From a virus (taxonomy: Duplodnaviria > Caudoviricetes): a stretch of DNA of 64,000 nt. Positions 61,765-64,000 of this stretch are shown in pieces. Each line of letters opens with the position of its first letter. The first letter of the stretch is position 1. Made by a program: the position numbers and the translations under genes. The stretch covers positions 57,042 to 121,041 of the IMG/VR virus record IMGVR_UViG_2929701070_000001; one strand, 5' to 3'. The notes below the pieces were generated by a model. That model was not told the origin of the DNA and made no database searches. It saw only the letters and a program-made list of their open reading frames with translations.

Positions 61765-63503
61765 GCCGCCACCTCCCCAACCTGGAGAGCGGGCACATGC
61801 GGGGTCAGCTCGTACAGCGCCCGCGCGCCCTGCTGCGGCACAACGCCGTTGCCGAGGCACTTGAGTGCCGGATTGCGGGGCAGCACGTCGGTCACCCAGC
61901 CGGCCGGCAGACCCATCAGCCACTCCACGAACCGAGGGTTCAGGCGCGGCTGACCCTTGCTGCCCGGCTCCGTCGGCTCCGGCGCCGCACGGCCGGTGAC
62001 CGCCTCCCACCGGGCAATGGCAGGGGCATACGATCCCCACCGCTCGGCGTGCGCCACATCCGACAACGTCCAGCCGATCGACGTGGTCGGCTTCACGTCG
62101 GTCCGGTTCGCCGTGGCGTTACGACTGTTCCGGGAATCTGCCACAGTCGGCGTGGGCAGCAGGTCTCGCGCCACATAGTCCAGGGACGGCCGCACCGCCG
62201 CACCCGCCGACGGCGACTGGTTGTTGCCGTACGGGGTGGCCGTCGGCGTAGGCAGCAGCATCACCGCGCTAGGCAGCATCAGATCCCCCGAGCTGCCGCG
62301 CTGATTCGGGCCGCCCTTCGACCCGTCCGTCGCACTGGGCGTCGGCAGCAACGCCACCGCGTCATCGAGGAACCGTTTCCCCTGCGCAAACCGGTCAGAC
62401 GCCGTCTGCGCCGACGGGGTGCCGGTGCCGCGCCCCAAAGCCGCGTTCGGGGTGGGCAGCAGCGACACAGTGGTTCGCAGGTCCGGGCCGCCCGTGCCGT
62501 GACCACCCGCCCCGTTGGTGTCGCCCGTACGAGGCGTCGGCAGCAGGTTGACGACCACCTCGTTTAGCGGGCGGGCGTTACGGTCGAGCAGATTCGACTC
62601 GCCCGACTTCCAGTCACGGGCTGCTGGCGTCGGCAGCAGCGTCAGCTCACCTGCTTGAGTACCACCTGAGACAGTGGCGGCCGGAACCCCTCCGATGCGC
62701 GCCGGCCCGGAGTGCCGGTGTCCGACGCCCTCGGAGTCGGCAGCAGGCCAGGCAACGATGAAGACTCGCCAGCGTAGGTGCGGGGCGCCGACAGCGGCAG
62801 CGGGAACGCCCTTCCAGACCGCGTCATACCCGAGATCGGCCAGGTCGCCGAGTACAGCTCCGAGTGCTCGCAGAGAAGGCTGGTCCGGTTCGTCTCCCAC
62901 ACACCACGGGCAGGGTTCCAGGTCGCTATGGGCTCGGGCACTGAGCAGCCCCCTCACATTCTCCAGCAGTACGATCTTCGGTCGGAGTTCCTTGATGGCG
63001 CGGGCCACGTGCGTCCACACGCCCGTTCGGGTGCCCTTGACGATTCGCTCCGGCGGCGGGCCGTCGCCCGCCCGGTCGATCCGGTTGAGGTCGGCGATAG
63101 CGATTGCCGCTTCCTCCAGCAGCCCCGCATCGAACAGGTGCGACGGGACCAGCCCGCCGGGCGACGCAGCTTCACACGAGTCGACCTGGTGGTCTCCCCA
63201 CAGGCAGCCGCAGGCCATCACCCCGGCCGGCACGACCCGGTCACCGATCAGGCCCTCACGCTTCCCGGCGGCTGACACGTCGGTGCAGGGGAACCCGGCG
63301 GCCAGCACGTCGACCGGTTCCAGTGCAGTGAAGTCGGCGGTGCTGATGTCGCCGATGTTCGGCACGCCGGGGTGACGGACGCCGAGCACCTTCGACGGGT
63401 CGGGGTCGACCTCAGCGACCCACGACAGGTCGACGGGCCAGCCGGCCAGCCGCATCGCCATGTACAGGCCGGAGTACCCGGCGCACAGCTCGGCGGCCTT
63501 CAC
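61761..63503 (-). CDS. DNA cytosine-5 methyltransferase with LLPTP repeat array
   Basis: ELCAGYSG (I), GFPC (IV), ENV (VI), PH.R.R (VIII), LNP.FVEWLMG.P (IX), LGNGVVP (X). Confidence 0.92.
   Translation of the reverse strand: MKAAELCAGYSGLYMAMRLAGWPVDLSWVAEVDPDPSKVLGVRHPGVPNIGDISTADFTALEPVDVLAAGFPCTDVSAAGKREGLIGDRVVPAGVMACGCLWGDHQVDSCEAASPGGLVPSHLFDAGLLEEAAIAIADLNRIDRAGDGPPPERIVKGTRTGVWTHVARAIKELRPKIVLLENVRGLLSARAHSDLEPCPWCVGDEPDQPSLRALGAVLGDLADLGYDAVWKGVPAAAVGAPHLRWRVFIVAWPAADSEGVGHRHSGPARIGGVPAATVSGGTQAGELTLLPTPAARDWKSGESNLLDRNARPLNEVVVNLLPTPRTGDTNGAGGHGTGGPDLRTTVSLLPTPNAALGRGTGTPSAQTASDRFAQGKRFLDDAVALLPTPSATDGSKGGPNQRGSSGDLMLPSAVMLLPTPTATPYGNNQSPSAGAAVRPSLDYVARDLLPTPTVADSRNSRNATANRTDVKPTTSIGWTLSDVAHAERWGSYAPAIARWEAVTGRAAPEPTEPGSKGQPRLNPRFVEWLMGLPAGWVTDVLPRNPALKCLGNGVVPQQGARALYELTPHVPALQVGEVAA
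62642..62941 (-). CDS. nested +1-frame ORF inside the methyltransferase (beta-subunit-like)
   Basis: SD GAGGGGG before GTG; carries its own LLPTP.A.D repeat; PIATWNP..VWET...WP.SGM.R.G. Confidence 0.55.
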   Translation of the reverse strand: MPEPIATWNPARGVWETNRTSLLCEHSELYSATWPISGMTRSGRAFPLPLSAPRTYAGESSSLPGLLPTPRASDTGTPGRRASEGFRPPLSQVVLKQVS

Positions 63504-63742
63504 GCCGCCACCTGGCGCCAGTAGGTTTCCGAGTCCCGACGGGGCGCTTCACCGTCAGCGGGCGGGCACCACGGGCAGTCGTGTACCGGCTGCGGGTGCG
63601 CGAGCGTGTGGGCGCCCAGGTCCACGCCGGCGATCTCGGCGACCTTCTCCGCCGTCCACGCCGCCCCGTCTGACGGGGAAGGCAAAACCCGGGGGGCCGA
63701 TCCACCCGTTCGGGGGATGTCGGTTATGGTGCTGATGCTCAT
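63500..63742 (-). CDS. hypothetical protein
   Basis: SD GAGAGG; H...H...DCPWC; GTGA coupling to methyltransferase. Confidence 0.55.
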   Translation of the reverse strand: MSISTITDIPRTGGSAPRVLPSPSDGAAWTAEKVAEIAGVDLGAHTLAHPQPVHDCPWCPPADGEAPRRDSETYWRQVAA

Positions 63743-63829
63743 CTGATCCGGTCCTCTCGTGCAGGCTCGGGTTGGAGGGGCGGCACGTCGAGCGCTCACC
63801 GGTGGCACCCGGTGGGCGCTCAATTCGTG

Positions 63830-64000
63830 TTAGGGGTGCGCGCGGGTGGGGCCGGCGGCTTCCCGCGCCGACCCCACCTCCCCCTGCGCCCCCTGTGCGG
63901 TCTGATTGGTGGTGCGGGAAGCAGTAGTGGTGGTGTCGCGCAGCGCGCACCAGGCTTGGGCGAGCTGCCGCCAGCCCTCGCTGAACCGGACGGCGCTCAC
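63830..64000 (-). CDS. hypothetical protein, possibly 5' truncated
   Basis: open frame to window edge ending in TAA. Confidence 0.3.
   Translation of the reverse strand: MSAVRFSEGWRQLAQAWCALRDTTTTASRTTNQTAQGAQGEVGSAREAAGPTRAHP

Noticed and set aside
62040-62720. Diversity-generating retroelement repeats
   Set aside because: No reverse transcriptase; repeats are similar only at protein level, without adenine-specific differences
1-64000. Integrase, att sites or genome termini
   Set aside because: None recognisable; a temperate lifestyle is only hinted at by the Gp3/RDF-like gene

Overview
This window is most of the genome of a high-GC actinobacterial siphovirus, phage or prophage. The host is probably Micromonosporaceae-like, inferred from very host-like dnaB/dnaN/thyX/ssb and the lysin type. 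No integrase, att site or host flank is visible. The left arm (+ strand, 1-31.7 kb) carries small accessory genes, terS, an HNH endonuclease, terL, portal, head and tail genes, a PhoD-domain tail protein and a lysis cassette. The right arm (- strand, 33.8-64 kb) carries early genes for replication (initiator, loader-like paralogs, dnaB, ssb, dnaN), nucleotide metabolism (dcd, thyX), WhiB, recombination and a C5 methyltransferase. Between the converging arms is a self-contained module: a promoter, three tandem Y-RNA-like ncRNAs (two circularly permuted tRNA mimics and one short RNA with a canonical anticodon-like loop), a Ro60/TROVE-vWA gene and a terminator, with no RtcB. Other notable signals are a prfB-like CTT-TGA-C +1 frameshift site in terL, an operator-like palindrome shared by the Y-RNA/Ro60 and replication promoters, a dual-coded and repeat-expanded methyltransferase, a candidate ~160-nt structured RNA near the left end, and synonymous recoding at intein insertion sites of dnaB. 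All calls come from motif recognition by eye; no database searches were run.
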